64,000 nt of DNA from an uncultured Bacilli bacterium (GCA_934190785.1 CAKPTA010000002.1:59385-123384), one strand, 5' to 3'; shown: positions 42,246 to 52,936, numbered from the stretch's first letter. Translations and numbers: made by a program. The notes: generated by a model not told the origin, from the letters alone.

Positions 42246-42392
42246 ATTGTCACCTTCCTATTATTTAGTTTTACCACTATTTTTAATTTATATTTATTTT
42301 TAATATGTTAGAGCAAACTACCATACTTTGATATTATTTTAACATAAATTGTTAAACTCAATATAATTCATTTTACTTTTTTACATTATTTT

Positions 42393-42422
42393 ACAAAAAA
42401 AATAACAAGATTTCTTGTTATT
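42393..42422 (-). terminator. rho-independent terminator of rpmE
   Basis: AATAACAAG-AAAT-CTTGTTATT 9-bp stem followed by T8. The stop codon is inside the stem. Confidence 0.75.
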
Positions 42423-42630
42423 TAGCTTCTTTATCAAATCCGTATTTTTTATTGAACATTTCAACACGTCCTGTTTTTGATACAGCACCTTGTATACCAG
42501 TATATTGTGGATGACACTTATCACAAGCTTCTAGATGTAACTCTGGCTTATTTGATCTTACTGTAAAAGTATTACCACAAGCGCATGTTACTTTTGTATC
42601 CATATATTCTGGATGAATTCCTTTTTTCAT
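42418..42630 (-). CDS. rpmE: 50S ribosomal protein L31 (Zn-ribbon type A)
   Basis: MKKGIHPEY start and [17 protein letters not shown] cysteines. ATG at 42630 follows GGAAGGAG. Confidence 0.92.
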   Translation of the reverse strand: MKKGIHPEYMDTKVTCACGNTFTVRSNKPELHLEACDKCHPQYTGIQGAVSKTGRVEMFNKKYGFDKEAK

Positions 42631-42685
42631 ACTCATTCTCCTTCCGCCATGACTTAAATAAGTCATAGTAATTTAATGCTTTTAT

Positions 42686-42714
42686 ATTATAACAAGCTTT
42701 TTTGTAAATTGCAA
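42686..42714 (-). promoter_or_regulatory. consensus-like promoter TTGCAA-17-TATAAT (TG-extended) of rpmE
   Basis: Reverse strand: -35 at 42709-42714, -10 at 42686-42691. Confidence 0.6.
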
Positions 42715-42831
42715 CTATATTTTTTAAGTATATTCAATTTATAATGCTCTTTATATTTTATGCTTATTTATGTGATACTTGTTAAATATAGAAAAACAAG
42801 ATATAATAAAAAGGATGAATGTAGGTGACTT

Positions 42832-44457
42832 ATGAAAAAAGATTCTTTTTTAAAAGGAGCACTTGTTGCTACTTTTTGTATCGTATTTAGTAAAATTTTA
42901 GGAATTATTTATGTAATTCCTTTTCATGCAATAATTGGAGAAAATGGAAGAGCATTATACAGTTATGCTTATAATATGTACATGTTGTTCTTAAACTTTT
43001 CAACAGTTGGTATTCCGCTAGCTATTAGCAAAATAGTAAGTGAATATCATTCACTTGGGTATGAAGATGCTAAAAAGAGAACATATAGAATCGCTGTTAA
43101 AATTACTTTTATAATGGCAATTTTATCAACAATAGCTCTAATTGTACTTGCGCCTACTATTGCTAATACAATTATTGGCGATATTAAGGGTGGTAATAGC
43201 AAAGAAGATATTACTTTTGTTCTTAGAGTTTCTGCAAGTGCAATCTTATTTGTTACAATGCTTAGTGGAGTTAGAGGATACTTACAAGGACATAAATATA
43301 TTACAGCCTCATCCATAAGTCAAGTTATTGAACAATTTGTAAGAGTAGTTGTTATTATTGTTGGAAGTTTTGTTGCTATGAAGCTATTTGGTACAAAAGA
43401 GGCTGTTGGTATTGCAATATTTGGAGCTACTGCTGGTAGTATTGTCGCTCTTATATATCTAGAGTCCAAAATGAAAGAAGAAAGAAAAAAAGAAAAAAAT
43501 ATTCCGATTAAAGAAGAAGAAAAGAAATTAACTAATAAATTTTTAACAAAACAATTATTAAAATATACAGTACCTTTTATTGTTGTATCAGTTGCGGTAT
43601 CATTATATAATACAATAGATATGCTTAGTATAGTTAAACCATTAATAAAGTATGGTAATCTATCTGTTAAAAATGCTGAAATGGTTCTTTCTATCATCTC
43701 AACTTGGGGAGCTAAATTAAATAGTATTGTAACATCAGTTGCTGCAGGAGTCGTTGTTGCTGTCCTTCCTAATATTACAAGTGATTATGTAAAAAAAGAT
43801 TATACAACAGTTAATCAAAAAATTAATAAAACTCTTCAAATGATACTTTATTTTGTTGTACCAATGGTTCTAGGACTTTCTTTTTTAGCAAAACCTGTTT
43901 GGCAAATCTTTTATGGAACAAGTAATTTAGGTGTAAGTGTTTTCTCATATAGTATTTTTACCGCTATATTTTATTCTTTATTCTTAAATATTCATACTAT
44001 TATGCAATCGGTTGATAATAATAAAGTAGCAAATATTTCAATTATATCTGGTCTTATAACAAAACTTTGTTTAACTGTGCCACTTATTATCTTATTCTCT
44101 AAAATTCCATTTATAAAAACTTACTATGCTTCTATTACAGCTACTATTCTAGCATATATTGTACCAATTACAATTAGTTTAATTTGTTTGCATAAAACAC
44201 TTAATATTTCTTTTAAAGAAACATTTATAAAAGCTTTTAAAATTATCATTTCATGTCTTTTAATGATAATAGTATTAACTGTTTTAAAATTAATAATTCC
44301 ATTAACAGGTGGTAAAATTTACTCATTAATTATTATTGTTATTTATGCTGCTATTGGAGGGCTTGTATATTTTACATTAACATCTAAAATGCATGTTTTT
44401 GAAGACATTTTTGAATGTAGTTTAAAAGATTTTATTAAACGAAAATTAAGGAGGTAG
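42832..44457 (+). CDS. MOP-superfamily flippase (MurJ/YtgP/SpoVB-like)
   Basis: 541 aa, about 14 TM. The N-terminus KGALVATFCIVFSKILGIIYVIPF is typical of polysaccharide-biosynthesis/lipid II flippases. Confidence 0.8.
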   Translation: MKKDSFLKGALVATFCIVFSKILGIIYVIPFHAIIGENGRALYSYAYNMYMLFLNFSTVGIPLAISKIVSEYHSLGYEDAKKRTYRIAVKITFIMAILSTIALIVLAPTIANTIIGDIKGGNSKEDITFVLRVSASAILFVTMLSGVRGYLQGHKYITASSISQVIEQFVRVVVIIVGSFVAMKLFGTKEAVGIAIFGATAGSIVALIYLESKMKEERKKEKNIPIKEEEKKLTNKFLTKQLLKYTVPFIVVSVAVSLYNTIDMLSIVKPLIKYGNLSVKNAEMVLSIISTWGAKLNSIVTSVAAGVVVAVLPNITSDYVKKDYTTVNQKINKTLQMILYFVVPMVLGLSFLAKPVWQIFYGTSNLGVSVFSYSIFTAIFYSLFLNIHTIMQSVDNNKVANISIISGLITKLCLTVPLIILFSKIPFIKTYYASITATILAYIVPITISLICLHKTLNISFKETFIKAFKIIISCLLMIIVLTVLKLIIPLTGGKIYSLIIIVIYAAIGGLVYFTLTSKMHVFEDIFECSLKDFIKRKLRR

Positions 44458-44459
44458 TT

Positions 44460-45692
44460 ATGACATTTGAAATATTAGATAAAGAAGAATTTAGAATTTT
44501 TTTGGATAATCATCCTCTTAAAACTTTTTTTCAAACGCCAGAGATGGAAGAAATAGGTCTTTTGGATAATTGGAAAACTTTATATGTCGGGGTTAAAGAA
44601 AATAATAAAATAGTAGCTGCTACAAGAGTAATGTTTAAATCTGTTCGTTTTAATAAAAAAATATTTTATGCTCCTAGAGGAATTTTAATAGATTATAATA
44701 ATACAGAATTATTAAACTTCTTTGTAAAGCATATGAAAAAATTCATAAAAAAACAAGGCGGATATACATTCCATATTGATCCTCCTTTAATTTATAAAGA
44801 ACGTGATATTAATGGTGATATAGTAGAAAATGGCACTGATAATAGTGAGGTTATTGATAACTTAAAAAAGCTTGGTTTTCATCATGATGGGTTTATTCGA
44901 TATTATGATTATACTAAACAAGTAAGATGGAGTTTTGAATTACCATTAGAAGGCAAGGATGAAAATACTCTTTTAAAAGAAATGGCTGGTAATACAAGAA
45001 GGGCTATTGGGAAAGCAACCCATCTTAAAGTAAATGTTAGACAACTTAAAAAAGAAGAATTAGGTATTTTCAAAGACATCATGAATTCAACAAGCGAAAG
45101 AAGAGATTTTTGTGATAAATCACTTACTTATTATGAAAAAATGTACGACTTATTTTATGATAAAAATGAAATAAAATATATGGTTGCTGAAGTTAATTTA
45201 AATGAAACTCTTGAAGTTCTAAATCAAGATAAACTTGAACTTGAAAAAGATAAATTACGTGCTACTAAACATAATAAAAAAGCTTTACTTAATGAAACAG
45301 AAAATCAATTAAAAGACTTAGATAATAAAATAAATTCAATTATAAAAATCCAAAAGGAAAAAGGTAATCATATATACTTATCAGCTGCAATGTTTATGAT
45401 TTATGGTAATGATATTTTATATTATCATTCTGGAGGATATAAAGAATATATGTCATTTTTTGGCCAGTATTTAATCCAATGGACAATGATTAAAGAAGCC
45501 ATCAAATTGGGTAAAAAATGTTATAATTTTTATGGTATCAAAGGAGTATTTGATAAAAATGATCCAGATTATGGTGTTTATCTATTTAAACGTGGATTTA
45601 ATGGACACGTAATTGAATATATAGGTGATTTCTATTTACCAATTAGTCCTTATTACTATATTCTACAAATTAGAAAGAAGTTGAAAAAATGA
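44460..45692 (+). CDS. FemAB-family peptidoglycan aminoacyl/peptidyl transferase (paralog 1)
   Basis: HPLKTFFQTPEM.., YAPRG, coiled-coil insert, and FKRGFNGHVIEYIGDF tail. Confidence 0.85.
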   Translation: MTFEILDKEEFRIFLDNHPLKTFFQTPEMEEIGLLDNWKTLYVGVKENNKIVAATRVMFKSVRFNKKIFYAPRGILIDYNNTELLNFFVKHMKKFIKKQGGYTFHIDPPLIYKERDINGDIVENGTDNSEVIDNLKKLGFHHDGFIRYYDYTKQVRWSFELPLEGKDENTLLKEMAGNTRRAIGKATHLKVNVRQLKKEELGIFKDIMNSTSERRDFCDKSLTYYEKMYDLFYDKNEIKYMVAEVNLNETLEVLNQDKLELEKDKLRATKHNKKALLNETENQLKDLDNKINSIIKIQKEKGNHIYLSAAMFMIYGNDILYYHSGGYKEYMSFFGQYLIQWTMIKEAIKLGKKCYNFYGIKGVFDKNDPDYGVYLFKRGFNGHVIEYIGDFYLPISPYYYILQIRKKLKK

Positions 45693-46951
45693 AATTTGTA
45701 ATGTTAACAAAAGAAGAATTCAATAATTTTTCAAGAAATTATAAAGATAAGTGTTATCTTCAAAGTACAAATGTTGCAGAATTAAGAAAAAAGCAAGGAT
45801 GGAAAATACATTATGTTGGTATTAAGGAAGATAATAATATTGTGGCCGCAAGTTTGTTACTTTCTAAAAAAAGACATATAAAAAATGAATTTTATGCTAT
45901 AAGAGGTCCATTAGTCGATTTTAAAAATAATAAATTACTAACTTTTTTTATAAATAATATTAAATCATATATAAAAGAAAATAATGGATATTTTCTTAGA
46001 ATAGATCCTTATGTAGAAGCAAAGTCCCTCGATAAAGACGGAAAAGAAACTGGAAAATTTGATAATACTATTATTAAAGATAATCTAAAGAAATTAGGTT
46101 TTAAGGAAGTTATTGCTAAAGAAATGGGAGATACAATTCAGGCTAAATTTATGTATGTCATTGATTTAGATAATTCACTAGATTCTACTATGAAAGATAT
46201 GGATTCTAAAACAAGACAAATGATTCGTAAAAATGAAAAAATGGGTATTGTTGTTAGAAAAGGTACAAAAGATGATATTCCACTTTTTTACGATATAATG
46301 AAACATACTAGCGAAAGAAGACACTTCATAGACCGTGGACTTCAATTTTATCAAGATATGTATGAATGTTTAAGTAAGGACAATATGATATCATTTGTAT
46401 TTGCAGAACTTGATATTAATTTAGCTTTAAATAATATTGAACTCGAAAGAAAAGAAATTGAAAATGATAGACTTAAACGTGAAGAAAACAGAAAACTTGG
46501 AAAATGTAATGAAAAAAAAGCAGCAATTAAAGAAAAAGAAGAAGAAGCTACTCTAAATCGTTTAGAGAAAAAAGAACAAGAACTTAATAATTTAAGAAAA
46601 CAACATGGTGATAAAATTACACTTGGTGGTATTTTATATATAATATATGAAAATGAAGTATCATCACTATTTGGTGGTAGTTATAGTGAATTTAAAGAAT
46701 ATCAACCATTCTATACAATTCATTATGAAATGATTAAATATGCTATTTCAAATAATTATGAAAGATATAATTTTTATGCAATAAATAATCATCTTGATAA
46801 AAATGATGAACAATATGGTATTTACAGTTTTAAAAGAGGATTTGGTGGACATGTAATGGAATTAATTGGTGAATTTATCATGCCGGTAGATAAGTTTTTA
46901 TATAATTCTACAAATATTATTTCAAACATAAAACACAAAATCAAAAAATAA
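45689..46951 (+). CDS. FemAB-family transferase (paralog 2)
   Basis: 4-nt overlap with paralog 1. YAIRGP, coiled-coil insert, FKRGFGGHVMELIGEF. Confidence 0.85.
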   Translation: MKFVMLTKEEFNNFSRNYKDKCYLQSTNVAELRKKQGWKIHYVGIKEDNNIVAASLLLSKKRHIKNEFYAIRGPLVDFKNNKLLTFFINNIKSYIKENNGYFLRIDPYVEAKSLDKDGKETGKFDNTIIKDNLKKLGFKEVIAKEMGDTIQAKFMYVIDLDNSLDSTMKDMDSKTRQMIRKNEKMGIVVRKGTKDDIPLFYDIMKHTSERRHFIDRGLQFYQDMYECLSKDNMISFVFAELDINLALNNIELERKEIENDRLKREENRKLGKCNEKKAAIKEKEEEATLNRLEKKEQELNNLRKQHGDKITLGGILYIIYENEVSSLFGGSYSEFKEYQPFYTIHYEMIKYAISNNYERYNFYAINNHLDKNDEQYGIYSFKRGFGGHVMELIGEFIMPVDKFLYNSTNIISNIKHKIKK

Positions 46952-46975
46952 AAAGGGCAATATAACCCTTTTTTT
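46951..46975. terminator. bidirectional terminator between convergent FemAB genes
   Basis: AAAAGGG-CAATATAA-CCCTTTT with flanking A/T runs. Confidence 0.55.
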
Positions 46976-48164
46976 ATTTTTTTAACATATGAATAATCTT
47001 ATTAAAATAATAATACCAATTAATTGGAAGTTCATAATCTCCAATTAATTCTTCTACATAACCTGAAAAACCTCTTTTAAAATTATATACCCCATCATCT
47101 TTAGTAGGTGATGATATTCCATAAAAATTATATTTAGTAAAATCATGTTCAATTCCATATTGCATCATCGTCCATTGCATTAAATATGAACTTCCATAAT
47201 GCATATATTCTTTTTTATTACCACCAAATAAGTAAATTAATTCGCTTCCATATAAAATAAAGACGCCTGCTGAAATTGTTAATATTCCGTTATTAGTTAT
47301 AATATCATCTAATTCTTCTATTTCATGCTTTATCTTAGTTATTTTATTATTTACTTGATCTTTCTTTTTATCATTTACAGAATCTAATAATTCATTCTGT
47401 AAGCTAATTATTTCTTCCTTTTTTTGGGCTTTTAACATATTAACATCTAATTCTCCTAACATGAATTTAACTTCATTAAGAGGATGAAATTCTTCATATA
47501 AATGCTTGTAATAATTAATATCTCTTGCATGAAATCTTTTTCTTTCACTTGTTCCACTTATAATTTTATCAACTATATCAAGCTCATCTATAGATGCTTC
47601 TCTTATTTTAATACCATAAGAATTTGCTCTTTTAATCATACGTTTAGGTAAAGTATGAAATTTATTATATAAATCATCTTTATTTTTAGGCAAATCTAAA
47701 CAAAACATATACTTAAATTGTTGATATATTTTATTTGATTTTTTAAATCCAATACTCTTTAAATTAGAAACCCCTAATTCATGATTTACACCATTTAAAA
47801 CCGTATTACCATCTATATCTTTTTCTTCTGTTATATAATAAGGATCTATTCTAAGAACATATCCTTTTTTATTCTTAATATATTTTTTCAATTCTGTTAC
47901 AAAAAAAGCTAATGTATTTTTATCTTCATAGTCAACTAATAATCCTCGTGGAGCATAAAACTCATAATATCCAAAATGACTTGCCTTTGAACCAACCATC
48001 GTAGCCGCTATTATTTTGTTATTTTCCTTGACACCTACATAGTATGGTTTATATCCTGAATATGAACGAATTTTGGCCATTTCTTTTGTTTGAATAAATG
48101 TTTTTAGAGGATGATTATCTAAAAATTTTTGAAACTCATCTTCTTTTAATTCTACAAATTTCAT
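46974..48164 (-). CDS. FemAB-family transferase (paralog 3)
   Basis: HPLKTFIQTKEM, YAPRG, coiled-coil insert, FKRGFSGYVEELIGDY. Confidence 0.85.
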   Translation of the reverse strand: MKFVELKEDEFQKFLDNHPLKTFIQTKEMAKIRSYSGYKPYYVGVKENNKIIAATMVGSKASHFGYYEFYAPRGLLVDYEDKNTLAFFVTELKKYIKNKKGYVLRIDPYYITEEKDIDGNTVLNGVNHELGVSNLKSIGFKKSNKIYQQFKYMFCLDLPKNKDDLYNKFHTLPKRMIKRANSYGIKIREASIDELDIVDKIISGTSERKRFHARDINYYKHLYEEFHPLNEVKFMLGELDVNMLKAQKKEEIISLQNELLDSVNDKKKDQVNNKITKIKHEIEELDDIITNNGILTISAGVFILYGSELIYLFGGNKKEYMHYGSSYLMQWTMMQYGIEHDFTKYNFYGISSPTKDDGVYNFKRGFSGYVEELIGDYELPINWYYYFNKIIHMLKK

Positions 48165-48167
48165 AAA

Positions 48168-49397
48168 TCACCTGCTTTTTTGTAACTTTACTTTTATATG
48201 TCTTATTAATTTTAATGGTTTTCTATATAATACCACTAATTTTGTAAATATAAAATATAATATTGGATTTACTATATATGTAAATTCACCAATAAATTCA
48301 GTATATTCTGCCCCGAATTTCTTTTTAAATTCATGTAATCCTGCTACTGGCTTCTTAGATTTTGGATCACCTATAGTACCAAATTCATCAAATATTTCTT
48401 TACCTAAATCATGAGTCATTTTTATTTGATAATCAAATAGTTTATAATTAGCATATGTATCTTTATAATCTAAGTCATTTGCACCATATAAATACCAACT
48501 TTTATTACCATAATGAATATTTATATAACTACTTACAGCTACTTCTTCCTTATGTCTATTTAATTTAGAAAAATGTTCTCTTTGCATTTGTAATTTTTCA
48601 CGTTTTGTTAAATCATTACATGATTTTATATTATTATCAATAACCTCCAAAATATGATCAACATTAACAGTTGCAAGTAAAAGACTTACAGCATCTATTT
48701 TAGAAAATTCATCATACAATTTTGGATAAAAATTATAATCATGTGAAAAGAATCCTTGCCTTTTTTCCGTCATTTTCATAAGACGAATAAATTCATCTAT
48801 TTCTTTTCTTTCGCCTAATTTTACATTAACATCAAATTTATCAGCTACCTTTATCCAACGAAGAACACTTTTACTATAATTTTTACGAATAACATCCATA
48901 TCTCTCGTAGTATCTAGTCTGAATGTAAATCTTGGCTGCATATTTTCAAAATATAAATTCAATTTTTTTCTACGAAATCCAATTTTCTTTAAATCATCTA
49001 CTAACTTATAATTATTAGTACCATCAGCTATTACATTTGCATCCTTATCGATTGTATGCAACTTTATATCTGGATCAATTTTAAAGAAAATAGCTTTATT
49101 TTTTTTTGCATATTCTTTGATTTTATCTGTAAATAACTTTAATAGTTCATAATTATCATAGTTAACTGTATATCCTCTTGGAATATAATAATAGCTATAT
49201 CCTAAAGGAAGTTTTTTTTCCAAAAGAAGTGCTGTTGATACTAAAACATCATTATCTTTAAGTCCTACATAATGTGGTATAAGTCCTCTTTCTTTCGATA
49301 CTTCTCCCCATTCATATGATTTTAGAAAATGAGACATAGTGTGGTTCATTACAAAATCAGTATATTCTTGTCTATTTATGTTTTCTATAAATTCCAT
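48168..49397 (-). CDS. FemAB-family transferase (paralog 4)
   Basis: SHFLKSYEWGEV, YIPRGY, coiled-coil insert, FKKKFGAEYTEFIGEF. The most divergent of the four. Confidence 0.8.
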   Translation of the reverse strand: MEFIENINRQEYTDFVMNHTMSHFLKSYEWGEVSKERGLIPHYVGLKDNDVLVSTALLLEKKLPLGYSYYYIPRGYTVNYDNYELLKLFTDKIKEYAKKNKAIFFKIDPDIKLHTIDKDANVIADGTNNYKLVDDLKKIGFRRKKLNLYFENMQPRFTFRLDTTRDMDVIRKNYSKSVLRWIKVADKFDVNVKLGERKEIDEFIRLMKMTEKRQGFFSHDYNFYPKLYDEFSKIDAVSLLLATVNVDHILEVIDNNIKSCNDLTKREKLQMQREHFSKLNRHKEEVAVSSYINIHYGNKSWYLYGANDLDYKDTYANYKLFDYQIKMTHDLGKEIFDEFGTIGDPKSKKPVAGLHEFKKKFGAEYTEFIGEFTYIVNPILYFIFTKLVVLYRKPLKLIRHIKVKLQKSR

Positions 49398-49463
49398 ATT
49401 ATAGCCTCTTTCTTTAATATTCTCTTCTTAAGTATAGTAAAAGATACATAAAAAGTCAATTGA

Positions 49464-49491
49464 CAAAAAAAAGATAATCTTTAATTATCTT
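49464..49491 (-). terminator. rho-independent terminator after ORF 49506-50183
   Basis: AAGATAAT-TAAAG-ATTATCTT followed by T8 on the minus strand. Confidence 0.6.
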
Positions 49492-49505
49492 TAGCTTATG
49501 AATAT

Positions 49506-50183
49506 TTAATCATTTAATACATTATCTATAATAATTTTATTTACTTTTTCATACAAAATTTTATGTTCACTATTAGTAAGCATTATATTATCTCTAGAAC
49601 TATTTTCATCATAAATATCATTTGTTGAAACATATTTTATATCTAATTCTTTGGCATATTCCTCTACACATTTATTTATATATTTAAAGTATTCATCATA
49701 ATAACTACCATAAATATTATAATAACCCATTATAATAATATCTTCTTTACAATATTCTCTTAAAATTTCTAATAAATCATATATATCAGTTAAAAAACTA
49801 TCTGCATAATCATAAAGTTCATTCATAGAACTATATCCAATTTTATAATTTATATCATTTAAGCCAATAAATACTGTAACTAAATCAGCTTTTATTAATG
49901 CATTTTTTATAGTTTGTTCGTGATCATTAATAGTAATTTTTTTATTTTCATTTATATAATTTGTTAAATCAGTAACTCTATCAGTTGAACTTAAAAATCC
50001 ATCTATATATCTTTCTAATTTATCCTTTTCTTCTAAATCTTTTTTTATCAATTTATCATAAGTATACGTTTCACTATCTATACTCAAATTTAAATAATAT
50101 ATTTTTTTATCAAGTGTTGTTAAATATATTAAAAAAACGGCAATGAAAATAATTAAAGCATATATAATTGTTTTTAGTTTCAT
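49506..50183 (-). CDS. membrane-anchored SGNH/GDSL-like protein (catalytic motifs degenerate)
   Basis: N-terminal TM and GLNDI (block III-like). No clean GDS block I (LSIDSE in its place). Confidence 0.4.
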   Translation of the reverse strand: MKLKTIIYALIIFIAVFLIYLTTLDKKIYYLNLSIDSETYTYDKLIKKDLEEKDKLERYIDGFLSSTDRVTDLTNYINENKKITINDHEQTIKNALIKADLVTVFIGLNDINYKIGYSSMNELYDYADSFLTDIYDLLEILREYCKEDIIIMGYYNIYGSYYDEYFKYINKCVEEYAKELDIKYVSTNDIYDENSSRDNIMLTNSEHKILYEKVNKIIIDNVLND

Positions 50184-50194
50184 AAAATCCCCCT

Positions 50195-50220
50195 AAAAAA
50201 AGTAGAGCTATCTCTACTTT
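50195..50220 (-). terminator. rho-independent terminator after murA
   Basis: AGTAGAG-ATAG-CTCTACT followed by T6 on the minus strand. Confidence 0.65.
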
Positions 50221-50221
50221 A

Positions 50222-51475
50222 TTATATTTCTTCTAATTCAATTTTAGCACCAACATTTTGTAACTTCACTATAATATTTTCATATCCTCTAAGTACATGT
50301 TCAATAGATGTAATAGTTGTTGTTCCTTTTGCTACTAAACCAGCTAGTATCATACACGCTCCTGCTCGTAAATCTGTTGCCACTACAGATTCACCATTTA
50401 ATGATGAAACTCCATTTATATATAGTTTTTTATCTACAATCTTAATATCTGCTCCCATTTTGACTAAATATGGAACATTTTTAAATCTGTTTTCATAAAT
50501 TGTCTCTTCTAATGTTGATGTACCATTTGCAAACGCTAGTAAAACAGTAAAAGGTTGCTGTAAATCAGTTGGAAATCCGGGATAACCCAATGTTTTAACA
50601 TGAACTGGCTTTAAGCTATCAACACGTGATATAGTTACATAATCATCACCTATTATTAAATCACATCCCATATCTTTTAATTTAGATAACAATGCATCTA
50701 CATGGCTAGGGATAATATTACTTACAGTTAAATTTTTTCCTAATAAAGCACCAGCTATAATATAGGTCCCAGCTTCTATTCTATCAGGAATTACCTCAGT
50801 AAAACAACTTCCTAACTTTGAGACTCCTTCTATGGTTATATAACTAGTTCCAGCACCTCTTATTTTAGCTCCCATATTATTTAAAAATGTCGCTACACTA
50901 ACAATCTCAGGCTCTTTTGCTGCATTTTCTATTATCGTTATTCCATGTGCTAAAACGGACGCTAACATTGTATTTATAGTTGCACCTACGCTTGGCATAT
51001 CTAAATAGATACGTCCTCCAACTAACTCTTCTGCTGTTATAGTATATTTATTACCATCCTCTTTTACGCTTGCACCTAATATTCGAAAAGCTTTCAACGT
51101 TTGATCTATTGGGCGTGTTCCTATTGAACAACCACCAGGAAAATACATTTCAACTTTTTTATATTTTCCTAAAAGAGCTGACATAAAATAATATGATGCT
51201 CTAAGTTTACTAGAAATATTTTCGGGTATTTCCTTATTATTTATAGATTTAGGATTAATTATCATTCTTGAACCATTTTGTTCTACTGATGCTCCTAAAT
51301 ATTCTAAAATTTCATTTAAAGCATCTATATCTGATATTTGTGGAATATTATCAATTGTTACTTCTCCATCTGATAAAATTGCGGCAGGAATAAGTGCAAC
51401 AGCACTATTTTTAGCACCACTTATATTTATATTCCCACTTAATATATTTCCACCATTTATTTTAATTTGTTTCAT
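50222..51475 (-). CDS. murA: UDP-N-acetylglucosamine 1-carboxyvinyltransferase
   Basis: ISGAKNSAVALIPA and active-site loop PGGCSIGTRPID. murA-fba adjacency as for Bacillus murAB. Confidence 0.95.
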   Translation of the reverse strand: MKQIKINGGNILSGNINISGAKNSAVALIPAAILSDGEVTIDNIPQISDIDALNEILEYLGASVEQNGSRMIINPKSINNKEIPENISSKLRASYYFMSALLGKYKKVEMYFPGGCSIGTRPIDQTLKAFRILGASVKEDGNKYTITAEELVGGRIYLDMPSVGATINTMLASVLAHGITIIENAAKEPEIVSVATFLNNMGAKIRGAGTSYITIEGVSKLGSCFTEVIPDRIEAGTYIIAGALLGKNLTVSNIIPSHVDALLSKLKDMGCDLIIGDDYVTISRVDSLKPVHVKTLGYPGFPTDLQQPFTVLLAFANGTSTLEETIYENRFKNVPYLVKMGADIKIVDKKLYINGVSSLNGESVVATDLRAGACMILAGLVAKGTTTITSIEHVLRGYENIIVKLQNVGAKIELEEI

Positions 51476-51519
51476 AAACTCCTCCTGTTATATTCTATGT
51501 ATTATGCCTATTTTTGAAA

Positions 51520-52353
51520 CTATGCCCTATTTAGACTTCCTAATACTTTTATTTTATTATAAACAACATCTTTAAGTGCTTGTTCACCACTTGCAATAAT
51601 TTTTCTTGGATCATAAACTTCTGGATTAGCACTAATATAATCTTTAACAGCTCCTGCCCAAGCAATTTGTAAATCTGTATTTATATTAACTTTACAAACT
51701 CCATTTGAAACTGACAATGATAAATCTTCTTGACTTAGTCCACTTGCTCCATGTAAAACAAATAAAACTTTATTTTCTTTCAATTTTTTCATATTATCAT
51801 AATTTAAATTAGGTTTACCACAATATATTCCATGCACACTTCCTAAAGATGGTGCTAAAGCCAAAACAGATGTCTCATGATAAAATTTTATTGCTTCATC
51901 TATATCTACATAATCCACACTATTACTTCCAGTTTGAATAAGTCCTATTTCAGCTTCAACACTGACATTGTTTTTGGATGCATAATTGACAACTTCTTTT
52001 GTAATTTTAACATTTTCCTCATATGGATATTTACTTGCATCAATCATTACAGAAGTAAATCCTGCATCAATTGCCTTTTTACAAGATAAAAATGTACTAG
52101 CATGATCTAAATGTAATGTTACAGGTACTATAATATTTAAATCTTGTATCATAGCTTTTACCATAGCAGCTACAACATTATATCCACCCATATATTTAAT
52201 AGCACCTTCACTTACTCCTAAAATAACGGGACTGTTGTAGTCATTGCATGCCTCTAATATATATTTTGCCCACTCTAGATTATTAATATTAAATTGTGGA
52301 ATGGCATATCCACCATTAAATGCATTTTTAATAAGAGAATCCATTTTTATCAT
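51520..52353 (-). CDS. fba: class II fructose-bisphosphate aldolase
   Basis: GYAIPQFNINNLEW, LHLDHA and SVHG motifs. Start could be 52353 or 52344. Confidence 0.9.
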   Translation of the reverse strand: MIKMDSLIKNAFNGGYAIPQFNINNLEWAKYILEACNDYNSPVILGVSEGAIKYMGGYNVVAAMVKAMIQDLNIIVPVTLHLDHASTFLSCKKAIDAGFTSVMIDASKYPYEENVKITKEVVNYASKNNVSVEAEIGLIQTGSNSVDYVDIDEAIKFYHETSVLALAPSLGSVHGIYCGKPNLNYDNMKKLKENKVLFVLHGASGLSQEDLSLSVSNGVCKVNINTDLQIAWAGAVKDYISANPEVYDPRKIIASGEQALKDVVYNKIKVLGSLNRA

Positions 52354-52408
52354 GTTATCACCATATTTATTATATTATGGATGAGAAAAAAAAACAACCA
52401 CTGGTTAT

Positions 52409-52936
52409 TTATAAATATAAAAGACCAATGATTATTAAGATACTGCCTCCAATTAAAGTTGATATCTTTCCAAAAATTTTACTTAGTTTTTTTCCAAAAA
52501 TTAAGCCTAAATATGTAAATGTTCCCGCAAAAAGAGAAAATATTATAGCACTTATTAATGGTTTATCATATATTGAATTTAATCCTATACCTACTGAAAA
52601 ACTATCTAAACTAACAGCAAATCCAAACATTAATAATTCGAAAAAATTCATAATTTCTACTTTTCGTTCATTTTTAAAAGATTGAATAATCATTTCTATT
52701 CCAATTATTAAAAGAACTATAAATACTATAACATTAGGATTAATTTTGATAAATGATAATATACCACTTCCAAACCACATTCCAATAATAGGCATAAAGA
52801 AATGATATACACCAACTATAATTGATAATAAATTTATATATTTTTTTTCCAAATTTAATGTCCCATAAGCTAGTGATAATGAAAAAGCATCCATACTAAG
52901 ACTTATAGCTATTAACATAACCATTATTAATCGCAT
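52409..52936 (-). CDS. mntP: manganese efflux pump MntP family
   Basis: Duplicated DUF204 halves, each with SMDAF / SLDSF motifs. 6 TM. Confidence 0.8.
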   Translation of the reverse strand: MRLIMVMLIAISLSMDAFSLSLAYGTLNLEKKYINLLSIIVGVYHFFMPIIGMWFGSGILSFIKINPNVIVFIVLLIIGIEMIIQSFKNERKVEIMNFFELLMFGFAVSLDSFSVGIGLNSIYDKPLISAIIFSLFAGTFTYLGLIFGKKLSKIFGKISTLIGGSILIIIGLLYL

